A stretch of DNA of 63,539 nt, filler included, from a bacterium (GTDB taxonomy: Bacteria > UBP15 > UBA6099 > JAJRTR01), in assembly GCA_024278215.1 (NCBI GenBank). It is 4 parts of 4 records of this genome, joined end to end, with 100 filler letters (N's around TTAATTAATTAA, not from the genome) between each part and the next. Parts side by side here need not be neighbours in the genome. Positions count along the whole stretch, not along the records: positions 1 to 25,889 come from JAJRTR010000147.1; 3 more parts are not named here. One strand, written 5' to 3'. The notes under the pieces were generated by a model. The model was not told the DNA's origin. It did no database searches and worked only from the letters and a program-made list of their open reading frames with translations. The position numbers and the translations under genes are program-made. Of this stretch, positions 1-10,173 are shown one piece after another (the first letter of the stretch is position 1; every line of letters starts with the position of its first letter).

Positions 1-2
1 AA

Positions 3-2411
3 ACGAGAATACGACGTCTGCAGGCGGCGATAATAGAGCTTACGACAGATAAAAACATACTTGTAAAAGACACATCAATTGCGGTGCAGACTGCTATGCG
101 GATCGCCGCGAAAGCACTGGATGTCGAGAGGGCGAGTGTGTGGTTGCTGAACGAGGACCATACAGAACTCGAGTGTATCGAATTGTATGAATTATGTCTG
201 GACTGCCACTCGTGCGGAATAGTACTGAATGCCGCGGATTATCCCGATTATTTCAGAGCGATTGAATTGCAGCGTGCCGTCGATGCGCATGACGCGAGGA
301 ATGACAGTAGAACAAAGGAATTCGCAGAAGCTTATCTGGAACCGCTGGGAATAACATCCATGCTGGATTCTGCAATCCGGCGGCAAGGTAGAGTGATAGG
401 CGTTGTTTGTTTCGAGCACACGGGACCGATACGCACATGGACGATGGATGAAGTGTCGTTCGCGGGTGAGATCGGTGATTTCATAGATTATGTGCTTCTG
501 ACGGGAGAACAACGTAAAGCTGAGCAGGCTTTACGTGAAAATGAGGAAAGGCTCGAACTTGCTCTTCAGGGCGCGCAGCTTGCGACGTGGGACTGGAATC
601 TGAAAAACGGCGAAGTCAAATTCGACAGAAGATGGGCGAAAATGCTTGGCTACTCTTATGAGGAACTTGGAGACCACCAGGAGATATGGCTGAAAACAAT
701 CCATCCCGATGATTCCGATTATGTTATATCGAAGATGAAGAAACATCTCGCGGGAGAACTTGATCTGTGCGAGACGGAACAACGGTTGAGAGCGAAAAAC
801 GGCAGATGGAAATGGGTGCATAACAGAGGGCGGATTGTGGAGTGGGATGAGGACGGAAAGCCTGTCAGGGTAGCCGGAATGCACCTTGATATTACAGAGC
901 GAAAAGAAGCCGGCGAAATGCTCAGGCTTACACAGATGGCTGTCGATAATGCGTCCGACAGTGTTTTCTGGACAAAAAAAGATGGCAGTCTGTTTTATGT
1001 TAACGACATGGCCTGTCGCACACTGGGCTATTCACGGGAAGAACTGCTCGAAAAGAAGATTTATGATATTGATGTCGATTATCCTGAAGCCTCCTGGACG
1101 CAGAGATGGGAAGTTCTGAAATCTCATGGCTCGATGGCCGGATATTCGAGATACAAGACAAAAGAAGGTCTCATTTTCCCTGTCGAAGTGACGGGCACCT
1201 ATGTCGAGTATCTCGATAAGGAATTGGTTATTGCTTTTGTTCGCGACATATCGGAACGCAGAATAGCAGAGGAAGCGTTGAAGCGAAGCGAAGAAAAATA
1301 TCGCAGGCTTGTCGACAATTCTCCGCTTCCTATCCTCATACACTGTGAAGAGAAAATAGTATTTGTGAACAGGGAAGCCGCGTCTGTTCTCGGTGCTGAC
1401 CGTCCCGAAGACATTGTTGGTAAAACGATGTGGATGTTCCTGCCGGAGAATTATCACAAAGAAGTGCGAAAGAGAGTTGACATCTTGTACAGAGGGAAAA
1501 AGCCGGCGGAAGTTTTTGAACGAAAGTATTTAAGGCTCGATGGAGAATTAATAGATGTCGATGTTATTTCAACACCGATCGAATACGAAGGTAAACCTGC
1601 GGCACAGGTGGTTTTTAAGGATATTACAGATAAAAAAAGGGCGGAAAGGGAACTTGAGAAATACAGGCACGGACTCGAAGAACTTGTAAGGGAAAGAACG
1701 CATGATCTGGAAAAGGCACAGGAGATGCTTATACAGTCCGAGCGGCTTGCGGTTCTCGGCCAGTTTGCCGGCAGCATCGCCCACGAGATACGCAATCCAC
1801 TTGCGGTTATCTCGAACGCTGCATTTTTCCTGAAGAAAAAAGCAGCCGCCCTCGATGATAAAAAATTCGAGTATTATCTCGGCAAGATCGATTCACAGAT
1901 AAAAAGAACGACTGATATTATCGACAGTATCATGCGCCTCACACGCATGGAATCTCCGCAGCTTGAAGCAGTGGAACTGAACGGTTTCATTGCGATGAAC
2001 GTGAACCTGCTCGATATTCCGACCGGGATTAACATTACTATAGATACTTCAGAGGAGGAAATAACAGTTAAACTTGATAAGAAGCAGTTTGCCATTGTGA
2101 TCGAGAATATTATTAAGAATTCATGTCAGGCGATGGAAGACGGCGGAGAGATAGCTATTGCTGTAAGGCCGCCGGACGGTTCGGTCAGGAGATGTGCCGG
2201 ACTGTTTTTCAAAGATACCGGCTGCGGTATTGAAAAGGAACATATCGAAAAGGTTTTCAATCCAATGTTTACCACGAAAAACTATGGAATCGGTTTCGGG
2301 TTATCCATTGTCAAGATGATTGTCGAAAAACATGGTGGAACAATAGAAGTGGTGTCCGAACCTGGAGTGGGAACCGTGTTTGAAATGAAATTACGTGTAA
2401 TAAACCGATGA
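3..2411 (+). CDS. GAF + multi-PAS sensor histidine kinase (5' end outside window)
   Basis: Frame open from position 3; GAF (ERASVW..LGITSMLDSAI), three PAS/PAC repeats, H-box AHEIRNPL, FKDTGCGI and GIGFGLSIV boxes. Confidence 0.92.
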   Translation, partial: TRIRRLQAAIIELTTDKNILVKDTSIAVQTAMRIAAKALDVERASVWLLNEDHTELECIELYELCLDCHSCGIVLNAADYPDYFRAIELQRAVDAHDARNDSRTKEFAEAYLEPLGITSMLDSAIRRQGRVIGVVCFEHTGPIRTWTMDEVSFAGEIGDFIDYVLLTGEQRKAEQALRENEERLELALQGAQLATWDWNLKNGEVKFDRRWAKMLGYSYEELGDHQEIWLKTIHPDDSDYVISKMKKHLAGELDLCETEQRLRAKNGRWKWVHNRGRIVEWDEDGKPVRVAGMHLDITERKEAGEMLRLTQMAVDNASDSVFWTKKDGSLFYVNDMACRTLGYSREELLEKKIYDIDVDYPEASWTQRWEVLKSHGSMAGYSRYKTKEGLIFPVEVTGTYVEYLDKELVIAFVRDISERRIAEEALKRSEEKYRRLVDNSPLPILIHCEEKIVFVNREAASVLGADRPEDIVGKTMWMFLPENYHKEVRKRVDILYRGKKPAEVFERKYLRLDGELIDVDVISTPIEYEGKPAAQVVFKDITDKKRAERELEKYRHGLEELVRERTHDLEKAQEMLIQSERLAVLGQFAGSIAHEIRNPLAVISNAAFFLKKKAAALDDKKFEYYLGKIDSQIKRTTDIIDSIMRLTRMESPQLEAVELNGFIAMNVNLLDIPTGINITIDTSEEEITVKLDKKQFAIVIENIIKNSCQAMEDGGEIAIAVRPPDGSVRRCAGLFFKDTGCGIEKEHIEKVFNPMFTTKNYGIGFGLSIVKMIVEKHGGTIEVVSEPGVGTVFEMKLRVINR

Positions 2412-2564
2412 CTGTCGCACACCCGCAGGGGACTATGTCGTTGAAATTGATGGGCTTTACCGATATACTCAATAATGTTACAAAGGGAACGGTAATGAAT
2501 AATCTATATCGGATACAACATTTATAATTGGAATAATAAATACATTATGATGGGGGCGAACTGA

Positions 2565-2912
2565 ATGAACCTTAGTTTTCAATACAAAAATGAAGATGGG
2601 TATATGTTGCTGACGGTTAAAGGAGAGATTGATCTTTACAACGCAAAACAGCTGAAAGAAAAAGTTGGATATGTAACAGAGGATACCGATGCGGCGAATC
2701 TCGTGCTGGACATAAGGAATGTAAAATATATAGATAGTACCGGCCTCGGCATCCTGATAGGAATTAAAAGACGGATAGCCGAAGGCGGCGGAAGACTGAT
2801 ACTTGTGTTGACATCCGAAAGGATAATAAAGCTGTTTTCAATTACGGGACTGAGCAATATTTTCACAATTGCGGAAAACAAGGAAGCTGCTCTGAAAAAA
2901 CTCGAGCAGTGA
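2565..2912 (+). CDS. rsbV: STAS-domain anti-sigma factor antagonist (RsbV/SpoIIAA family)
   Basis: GEIDLY and YIDSTGLG phospho-Ser motif; upstream of anti-sigma factor. Confidence 0.88.
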   Translation: MNLSFQYKNEDGYMLLTVKGEIDLYNAKQLKEKVGYVTEDTDAANLVLDIRNVKYIDSTGLGILIGIKRRIAEGGGRLILVLTSERIIKLFSITGLSNIFTIAENKEAALKKLEQ

Positions 2913-2933
2913 CAATCATTAGGGGGTAAGTCG

Positions 2934-3353
2934 ATGTCGGATCAGAAAAAAGATACCCTCGTGGAGATAAATATTCCGGGCAACCCGGAGTTCCTGAGGG
3001 TGGTCAGGCTGCTTGTATCGGGCTATGCTTCAAATCATCCGATTCCTCTCGACGAGGTGGAAGACATAAAGGTTGCAGTGTCGGAAGCCTGCAACAACGC
3101 CATCCAGAAATCTGAAAGAGCAGGCTACAGCGGTTCGATAAAAATCTCCTGCTGGCTGGAAGACAGTTTTGTGTTTTTCAAGATAGAAGACAACATCTCG
3201 GAAACAGGTGGCGAAGAGCCCGACGAGACCGACGATATCGAGCGCGGCCTGGGATTCCTGCTGATACAGACTCTAATGGACGAAGTGGATGTCGATTCCG
3301 ACCCGGATACCGGAACCAGAATTCTTATGAAAAAGAAAATCGATGTAGCCTGA
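2934..3353 (+). CDS. rsbW: Anti-sigma factor Ser/Thr kinase (RsbW/SpoIIAB family)
   Basis: IKVAVSEACNNAI and RGLGFLLIQTLMDEV HATPase motifs. Confidence 0.88.
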   Translation: MSDQKKDTLVEINIPGNPEFLRVVRLLVSGYASNHPIPLDEVEDIKVAVSEACNNAIQKSERAGYSGSIKISCWLEDSFVFFKIEDNISETGGEEPDETDDIERGLGFLLIQTLMDEVDVDSDPDTGTRILMKKKIDVA

Positions 3354-3365
3354 GGCAATTGCGTT

Positions 3366-4130
3366 TTGACAACGAACGATTTTAATAAAATACCAAAAGA
3401 ACAGCTTCGAGAAATGCTGGCGGACTATGCGGAGACCGGAGATAGCGAAATCCGCAACAGGATAATCGAATCGCACCTTGGCATGGCGCGGTTTTTCGCA
3501 AAAAGATTCGGCGCGAGAAGCGAACAATATGAAGACCTGCTTCAGGTGGCGACACTTGGTCTGATAAACTCTGTAGACAGGTACGATGACGGGCACGGCG
3601 CGGAATTCGCCACTTTCGCGACTGTCACCATACTCGGCGAAATTAAAAGATATTTTCGTGACAAAACATGGGGTATAAAAGTGCCGCGCCGCATTAAAGA
3701 TCTGAATGTAGCGGTGAAACAGACTATTGAAAGACTGACAAAGGAAAACGACAAACATCCCACTTATGAGGAAGTCGCAAGTGAGATAGGCTGCACTGTC
3801 GAAGAGGTGATCGAATCGCGCGAAGCCGTGATGTCTTATAAGCTGGTTTCGCTTGATAAAGAGCTTGAAGGCAACGTGGGCGATCAGTCGTCAAGGCTCA
3901 TGGATATGATCGGAAATTTCGACAAGAAAATTGAACAGATCAGTGACAGACTTTCTCTCCAGAGCAGCCTCAAACAACTGAGCGACGATGAGAAATTTGT
4001 TGTCTACAACAGGTACTACAACAACATGTCGCAGGCTCAAATTGCAAAGATGATGAATGTTTCGCAGATGCAGATTTCGCGTATACAGTCCGCGGCTCTG
4101 GAGAAGCTCAAAAGGATAATGAGCAAGTAG
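3366..4130 (+). CDS. sigB: SigB/SigF/SigG-family sigma factor
   Basis: EDLLQVATLGLINSVDRYD, TILGEIKRYFRDKTW, SQMQISR; follows rsbV-rsbW; TTG start. Confidence 0.85.
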   Translation: MTTNDFNKIPKEQLREMLADYAETGDSEIRNRIIESHLGMARFFAKRFGARSEQYEDLLQVATLGLINSVDRYDDGHGAEFATFATVTILGEIKRYFRDKTWGIKVPRRIKDLNVAVKQTIERLTKENDKHPTYEEVASEIGCTVEEVIESREAVMSYKLVSLDKELEGNVGDQSSRLMDMIGNFDKKIEQISDRLSLQSSLKQLSDDEKFVVYNRYYNNMSQAQIAKMMNVSQMQISRIQSAALEKLKRIMSK

Positions 4131-4228
4131 CGGCCCCGGTCGACAACCGGATTGTTCATGCACACTATATTGAAACACTTTCGTGCATGGCGCACTATGA
4201 TGATGTTTGATAAATTGGATTTCAATTC

Positions 4229-4260
4229 ACGCCCTTCTTTAAACGGAAGGGCGTTTGTGT
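4229..4260 (+). terminator. Probable intrinsic terminator after sigma operon
   Basis: 9-bp stem ACGCCCTTC/GAAGGGCGT followed by TTGTGT. Confidence 0.5.
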
Positions 4261-4316
4261 AAAAATATCTTCGTGTATTTTTGCAACCTGTTCAGCAAGT
4301 GAAAGGAAAAAGATAA

Positions 4317-6974
4317 ATGAAAGCAGACGAAATTCGCGAACGGTTCCTGTCATTCTTCGAGAGCAAGGGATGCCGCAGGCATCCTAGTTCATCGCTGGTG
4401 CCGGACGACCCGACTTTACTTACAACTTCCGCCGGAATGGTGCAGTTTAAACCATACTTCCTCGGTCTTAAAAAACCACCACACACACGGCTGACTACTT
4501 CACAGAAATGTCTGCGGGCCGTGGACATTGGCGAAGTGGGCCGCACTCCCCGCCACCACACGTTTTTCGAGATGCTCGGCAACTTCTCTTTCGGCGACTA
4601 CTTCAAGCATGAGGCTATAACCTGGGCGTGGGAACTCCTGACGGAGGGCTTCGGGATACCCGCGGACAGGCTGAAAATATCAGTTTATAAGGACGACGAG
4701 GACGCTGCAAAGATATGGCTCGGGGAGGTGGGCATACAAAAAGATCGACTTTATTACCTCGGCGAAAAAGACAATTACTGGCCATCGAGTTGCCCGTCGA
4801 AAGGCCCCGACGGCCCCTGCGGCCCCTGCTCGGAGATATTCTATGACTTCGGCGAAGAGCGCGGTTGCGGGAAACCCGGGTGCGATGTCACCTGCGATTG
4901 CGGCAGGTATATCGAGTTGTGGAATCTCGTCTTCATGCAGTACGAGCGCCACGACGGTGGCAGGCTCACACCTCTGCCGATGCAGAACATCGACACAGGC
5001 AGCGGCCTCGAGCGTGTGGCATCAGTACTCCAGGGTACACCCACAAATTTTGAAACAGACCTTTTGTTTCCCATAATTCAGAAAATCGAATCCATAGCTT
5101 CTGTCCCTTACAAGGATAATCTCATGCCTATGCGTGTTATCGCCGACCACATACGCGGCTGCACATTCCTTGTTGCCGACGGCGTGTTTCCATCCAACGA
5201 GGGGCGCGGCTACCTGCTTCGCAAAGTGCTGCGAAGAGCCTGCACTTACGGCCGTGAGATCGGCATCGAAAAACCGTTCCTGTACACACTCGCCGAAGTT
5301 GTCAATGATATTCTCGGACACCAGTATTCGGAGCTTATCGAAAAGCGCGAACTTGTAGAAAACATAATACATAAAGAAGAAGAGCAGTTTGCCGACGCGC
5401 TCGCACAGGGCCGCATGTTCGTGATGAATCATAAGAAAGAAATGGCGGGCGGCGAAGAGCCGCCGGCCGGTCTCGCTGACGGCGCGATTGTATTCACTGC
5501 TTATGACACCTACGGCCTGCCTGTCGAAGAAACCGAGAAGATCGTGAAAGAACTGGGATTCGACGGGGTAGATGTCGCGAGTTTCAAAAAAGCGATGGAT
5601 GAACAGAAAGAGCGCTCACGCAGGGGTAGCAAGATGGACGGAAGTGTTTTCGTCGAGGACCTTGAAAAAGTGTACCGTGACGCGGCATCCGACGCGGCTG
5701 GTGTATTCGACGGATATGAGAGTATGGAAATGGAGACAAAAGTTGTGTCTCTGATTAAAGACGGCGCGTCTATCGAAGAAGCCGAAGCAGGCAGCGAAGT
5801 GGATGTAATCACGCTGAAATCGCCTTTCTACGGAGAGATGGGCGGCCAGGTGGGCGACATGGGCGAAGCGCAGTTCGACGGCGGCCGACTTGATGTGACT
5901 GATACTTTCATGGCGGACGGCAATATCGTTGTTCACAGGTCAAAGATCATCGAGGGTACACTGAAAACCGGCGCTTCGATTACCCTCAAAGTCCTCGCCG
6001 GTCGGCGCGAAGCGATCATGCGTCACCACACAGCAACTCACCTCCTGCACGCCGCGCTTCGTTCCGTGCTCGGTTCGCATGTAGCGCAGTCGGGTTCGTA
6101 TGTCGGCCCCGATAAACTACGTTTCGACTTCACTCACCACAAGGCGGTCACACCTGAAGAACTTAAGAAAGTGGAAGGACTCGTAAACCGCAAAGTGCTC
6201 GAGGGGCTGCCTGTCGAAACATCGGAAAAATCGTTCGAGGAAGCGAAGAAGGAAGGGGCTATTGCGCTGTTCGGTGAGAAATACGGAGATGTGGTGCGCA
6301 GGGTGAAAGCAGGCGATTTCAGCATGGAACTTTGCGGGGGCACACATGTTGCCAACACGGCACAGGTCGGTATTGTAAAAATAACGGAGGAACGGTCGAT
6401 AGGGAGCAGTCTGCGGCGTATCGAAGCGGTAGCGGGTGAAGTCGCTCTGGATTATATCGACAAGAAACTCGACGTGATAAAACAAGCGGCAGAGTTGCTG
6501 AACGCGCAGGAGATCGACCTGCTGAAATCAATCGAGTCGCTGAAAAGCGAACGTGACAGGCTGAAAAAGGCGGCAAAGAAAGCGGGACGTGGACAACTTA
6601 AGGACGCGGGCCGCGGCTTACTGGATGCTGCCGAAGTCGTCGACGGAGTGACTGTCGTTGCGGCCTCCGTCGAAGGGATCGACGCAAAATCTTTAAGAAA
6701 TCTATACGATGAGCTAAAAGTCAAACTCGATTCGTATGTTGTGCTTCTCGGCTCGAATCCCGGTGGTAAGGTGGCTCTTTTACTTGCCTTCTCCGACGAT
6801 GTTGTGGCCAGGGGACTTAACGCGGGAAAGATGATCAAGGATATAGCTAAACATGCGGGCGGCGGTGGTGGCGGATCGCCGAAACTGGGCCAGGCGGGTG
6901 GCAGGGACGGCTCGAAAATCGCCGGGGCTGTCGCTGAAGGCGCGGAGTTGCTGAAAGAAAAATTGAGGGCGTAA
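4317..6974 (+). CDS. alaS: Alanine--tRNA ligase
   Basis: AGMVQFKPYF, HHTFFEMLGNFSFGDYFK, editing HHTATHLLH and ELCGGTH, C-terminal GGGGG. Confidence 0.98.
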   Translation: MKADEIRERFLSFFESKGCRRHPSSSLVPDDPTLLTTSAGMVQFKPYFLGLKKPPHTRLTTSQKCLRAVDIGEVGRTPRHHTFFEMLGNFSFGDYFKHEAITWAWELLTEGFGIPADRLKISVYKDDEDAAKIWLGEVGIQKDRLYYLGEKDNYWPSSCPSKGPDGPCGPCSEIFYDFGEERGCGKPGCDVTCDCGRYIELWNLVFMQYERHDGGRLTPLPMQNIDTGSGLERVASVLQGTPTNFETDLLFPIIQKIESIASVPYKDNLMPMRVIADHIRGCTFLVADGVFPSNEGRGYLLRKVLRRACTYGREIGIEKPFLYTLAEVVNDILGHQYSELIEKRELVENIIHKEEEQFADALAQGRMFVMNHKKEMAGGEEPPAGLADGAIVFTAYDTYGLPVEETEKIVKELGFDGVDVASFKKAMDEQKERSRRGSKMDGSVFVEDLEKVYRDAASDAAGVFDGYESMEMETKVVSLIKDGASIEEAEAGSEVDVITLKSPFYGEMGGQVGDMGEAQFDGGRLDVTDTFMADGNIVVHRSKIIEGTLKTGASITLKVLAGRREAIMRHHTATHLLHAALRSVLGSHVAQSGSYVGPDKLRFDFTHHKAVTPEELKKVEGLVNRKVLEGLPVETSEKSFEEAKKEGAIALFGEKYGDVVRRVKAGDFSMELCGGTHVANTAQVGIVKITEERSIGSSLRRIEAVAGEVALDYIDKKLDVIKQAAELLNAQEIDLLKSIESLKSERDRLKKAAKKAGRGQLKDAGRGLLDAAEVVDGVTVVAASVEGIDAKSLRNLYDELKVKLDSYVVLLGSNPGGKVALLLAFSDDVVARGLNAGKMIKDIAKHAGGGGGGSPKLGQAGGRDGSKIAGAVAEGAELLKEKLRA

Positions 6975-6995
6975 AAACAAAGGTGAAGTCGCGTA

Positions 6996-7895
6996 TTGGA
7001 TAAGATTGAAGACCTTATTGATGCTTTTCTCGACTATCTCACAGTCGAGCGCGGATGCTCGCCCAATACCCTGGATGCTTACTCGAATGACCTGTTGCAG
7101 TTCTTTGATTTTCTGAACGAAGATTATCCGGGCGATTCGACCGAACTGTCTGCCGTGGAAGTGAGCGCATTCAGCAAACACCTCGCCGAAGAACATGGTT
7201 TCACAAAGTCAACGATCGCACGGAAGATCGCCTGTCTGCGCAAATTCATACGTTTCCTTGAACGCGAAGATAATCTCACGCAGGGCACCGCCGACGAAGT
7301 GCATACAGTGAAACGTGACCGCGCACTCCCGAAAACACTATCGCGCGAGGATGTGGAACAGATTATTGAATCTATTCCTTCTGACACACCGGAGCAGATT
7401 CGCGACCGCACAATGATCGAACTGTTGTATGCGACCGGTATGCGTGTGAGTGAGTTGACGGAGGCGCGCATGGCGGACCTGAATATCGACGAAGGTTTTA
7501 TACGCTGCCGCGGTAAGGGGGCGAAGCAGCGTATGGTGCCCGTCGGCTCGAAAGCGCGAGACTGGCTGATAAGATATCTCGATGATGTGCGCCCGGCATG
7601 GTCTGCAAAAAAACGATCCAATTACCTTATGATAAATGCACGCGGCAAACCTTTATCGAGGCAGGCTGTATGGAAAACAGTCAAAAAAGTTGCGCATGAA
7701 GCGGGTATCGTCAGCAATGTTTCGCCTCATGTTTTCAGACATTCTTTCGCAACACACATGATGGAAAACGGCGCAGACCTCAGGGCTGTTCAGGAAATGC
7801 TCGGACATGTGGACATATCGACGACGCAGGTTTACACGCATGTCACATCCGAGCGATTGCGGGAAGTATTCAAGAAATGCCATCCCAGGTCATAA
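6996..7895 (+). CDS. xerD: Tyrosine recombinase XerD
   Basis: ELLYATGMRVSEL, GKGAKQR, PHVFRHSFATH, ADLRAVQEMLGHVDISTTQVYTHV. Confidence 0.92.
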   Translation: MDKIEDLIDAFLDYLTVERGCSPNTLDAYSNDLLQFFDFLNEDYPGDSTELSAVEVSAFSKHLAEEHGFTKSTIARKIACLRKFIRFLEREDNLTQGTADEVHTVKRDRALPKTLSREDVEQIIESIPSDTPEQIRDRTMIELLYATGMRVSELTEARMADLNIDEGFIRCRGKGAKQRMVPVGSKARDWLIRYLDDVRPAWSAKKRSNYLMINARGKPLSRQAVWKTVKKVAHEAGIVSNVSPHVFRHSFATHMMENGADLRAVQEMLGHVDISTTQVYTHVTSERLREVFKKCHPRS

Positions 7896-8061
7896 GCAGT
7901 TGTCGAGGCGAGTGTATGTGGAGTAATAGAGATCGGGATTTCAGCAGTTTGATACTCGTACACTTGGAAAAAAGTTGTAATAAAGATAAAATGCAAGTCC
8001 CGGCGAGATGTTGCCGGATTTAAGCGCAAAGAATTCCAGGGGGACCACCGTCCAGGGGTAA

Positions 8062-8128
8062 AATGGATTCACGCTTTCGCGGGAATGACAGAAAGCGGGT
8101 GTCATTCCGGACAGAAACCCGGTATCCA
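8062..8128. repeat. REP-like palindromic doublet (GGATTC..GGAATGAC / GTCATTCC..ATCC); related single unit at ~12031-12058
   Basis: ATGGATTCACGCTTTCGCGGGAATGACA followed by inverted TGTCATTCCGG..GGTATCCA; ATGGATTCCCGTTTTCACGGGAATCCAT at 12031. Confidence 0.6.
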
Positions 8129-8335
8129 TAAGGAACAGGATGTAAGGGGTGGCTTTTGGGATAGAATGGTTTTGCCCCTTATACCGGATTACTTAAAGGA
8201 CATCCGGAAAGCAGTATCCGAGCTAAGATGTGGTTTCGCTGAAAATGGAGCTACACCTTGAAATCATGGTAATAGGGAACGGCTTAATTACTGCTGGAAC
8301 ATATTCGATAGATTGTGATTGTCTGAAATTATTAT

Positions 8336-9367
8336 ATGAAAAACATATTTAAAAATAGTTTTTTTCCATTCATCATTGCTGCAATGATGCTTATTGTTTT
8401 GTGTCCGAACTCGTCACAGTCGCAGGAAAACGAAGGCGAGCGAACCCGGGACACTGAAACAATCCCCCTGGAAATTCGCACGGAATCGATGAACATGAAC
8501 CTGGAATCTGACGTATGGAGAATCCCGGATGAAGTCGAAATAGAATACGAGACATTTATCGCAACAGGTGTGAACCTGATTTATGACATGAAAAAGAACC
8601 GTGGCACTCTTGACGGCAATCCGAAGATTACGGCAACCTACGGCACAGACACAAAAATAGACACAGGACACATCGATTTCGATCTTGACAGCGAACTGCT
8701 GACATTCTCCGGCGGCTGCAACTTTTTCAGAAAGAATGCTTCGGGGACTATCGAGTTCAATTCGGACAAATTGTTTTTTCAGATGAAAGAAGGCTGGCTG
8801 AGCTCACCCGGCCCGACTACACTGAATTACGAAGCGCCGGGGAAAGAGGGGGCCGCCCCGGACGGCACTGTCGAGGAAGTGCCGGAAGCAGATGAGGCCG
8901 ATGCGCCTGCGAACAGGAAAATCAAAATAAACGCATTCGACATGACGACAGGACCGATGATATACATGAGTAAAGAAGAACAACTGAGCGCGTCAGGACC
9001 TGTGCGAATCGAGTTCGAGGAAGGTTACTTCGAAGCAGGCGGTGTGCGTGCCGACATGAAAAATGAGATTATGGATATTACCGGCGGCATAACGGGAAAG
9101 TTCAGGAAGAACAGCTTTTCTGCCGACTCGGCCCAACTCATGTACGGCGAAAAAGAACTCACTGCGACAGGCAGTGTCACTTTCGAGAAATTCGACACGG
9201 ATGTCATGGTAACCGCAGACAAACTCTGGTATAAATTCAAAAAGGATGAGACGAAATTCGACCTTACCGGAAATGTCCACGCTAAAATGAATATCAAGAA
9301 AAAGAAGAGTGCGGAAGAAGGGGTAACAACGGGCGAAAAAGAAAAATCGGAAGGGAGCGCTCCCTGA
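8336..9367 (+). CDS. Exported LptA/OstA-like beta-jellyroll protein
   Basis: Signal peptide, beta-rich repeats (LTATGSVTF, FDLTGNVHA), stop overlaps lptB start. Confidence 0.65.
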   Translation: MKNIFKNSFFPFIIAAMMLIVLCPNSSQSQENEGERTRDTETIPLEIRTESMNMNLESDVWRIPDEVEIEYETFIATGVNLIYDMKKNRGTLDGNPKITATYGTDTKIDTGHIDFDLDSELLTFSGGCNFFRKNASGTIEFNSDKLFFQMKEGWLSSPGPTTLNYEAPGKEGAAPDGTVEEVPEADEADAPANRKIKINAFDMTTGPMIYMSKEEQLSASGPVRIEFEEGYFEAGGVRADMKNEIMDITGGITGKFRKNSFSADSAQLMYGEKELTATGSVTFEKFDTDVMVTADKLWYKFKKDETKFDLTGNVHAKMNIKKKKSAEEGVTTGEKEKSEGSAP

Positions 9368-10173
9368 TGGACATGTACCTTAGAGGCGAAAACCTTGTGA
9401 AAAAATACAGGGGCCGTGTGGTCGTGCGAAGGGTCAATATCGAAGTGACGCCCGGCGAAATAGTCGGGCTGCTCGGCCCGAACGGAGCGGGGAAAACAAC
9501 TACTTTCTACATGCTCACAGGTCTCGTGCCACCGAACGAAGGAAGAATATTCCTGAACGGAAAAGATGTAACAACTCAGCCGATGTACCTGCGTGCCCGC
9601 AACGGCATAGGCTATCTGCCACAGGAACCGTCGATATTCAGAAAACTTACCGTCGAAGAAAACCTGATGCTGATACTCGAAAACAGGAAAATCTCCAGAA
9701 AACAACAGATCGAGAAAACCAATGAGTTGATAGAGGAATTCGGAATATCTAAAATCAGAAAAAGCAAGGGATATGTCCTCTCGGGTGGTGAACGCCGACG
9801 CGTCGAGATAGCCAGATCGCTCTCCACGGACCCCACGTATCTGTTGCTGGATGAACCCTTCACCGGCATCGACCCGATTTCAGTCCAGGAACTACAGGAA
9901 TTGATGATCAGGCTCAAAGAGCGCGGCATCGGCATTCTTATTACAGATCACAATGTCCGCGAAACACTCGATATCACCGACCGCTCGTACATTATGTACG
10001 ACAGTTCCGTGCTGAAATCCGGGACATCCGCCGAAATACTCTCGGACCCACAGGCGCGAAAACTGTACCTCGGCGAGCGCTTCAGCATCGAATACGCTCA
10101 GAAACTCGCCGAAAAATTCAAAAAAGAAAAACCTGTCGCCGGCGAACCGGCTTCCGGGCAGGACACCGAATAA
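9367..10173 (+). CDS. lptB: LPS export ABC transporter ATPase
   Basis: GPNGAGKTTTFY, YLPQEPSIFRKLTV, LSGGERRRVEIAR, ILITDHNVRETL. Confidence 0.96.
   Translation: MDMYLRGENLVKKYRGRVVVRRVNIEVTPGEIVGLLGPNGAGKTTTFYMLTGLVPPNEGRIFLNGKDVTTQPMYLRARNGIGYLPQEPSIFRKLTVEENLMLILENRKISRKQQIEKTNELIEEFGISKIRKSKGYVLSGGERRRVEIARSLSTDPTYLLLDEPFTGIDPISVQELQELMIRLKERGIGILITDHNVRETLDITDRSYIMYDSSVLKSGTSAEILSDPQARKLYLGERFSIEYAQKLAEKFKKEKPVAGEPASGQDTE

Noticed and set aside
4131-4316. T-box riboswitch upstream of alaS
   Set aside because: No T-box consensus (GGTGG.ACC) seen and the leader is short; the hairpin fits a plain terminator
6996-7895. Tyrosine recombinase as a prophage or island integrase
   Set aside because: Size and motifs are those of housekeeping XerD; no phage genes or att-like repeats nearby
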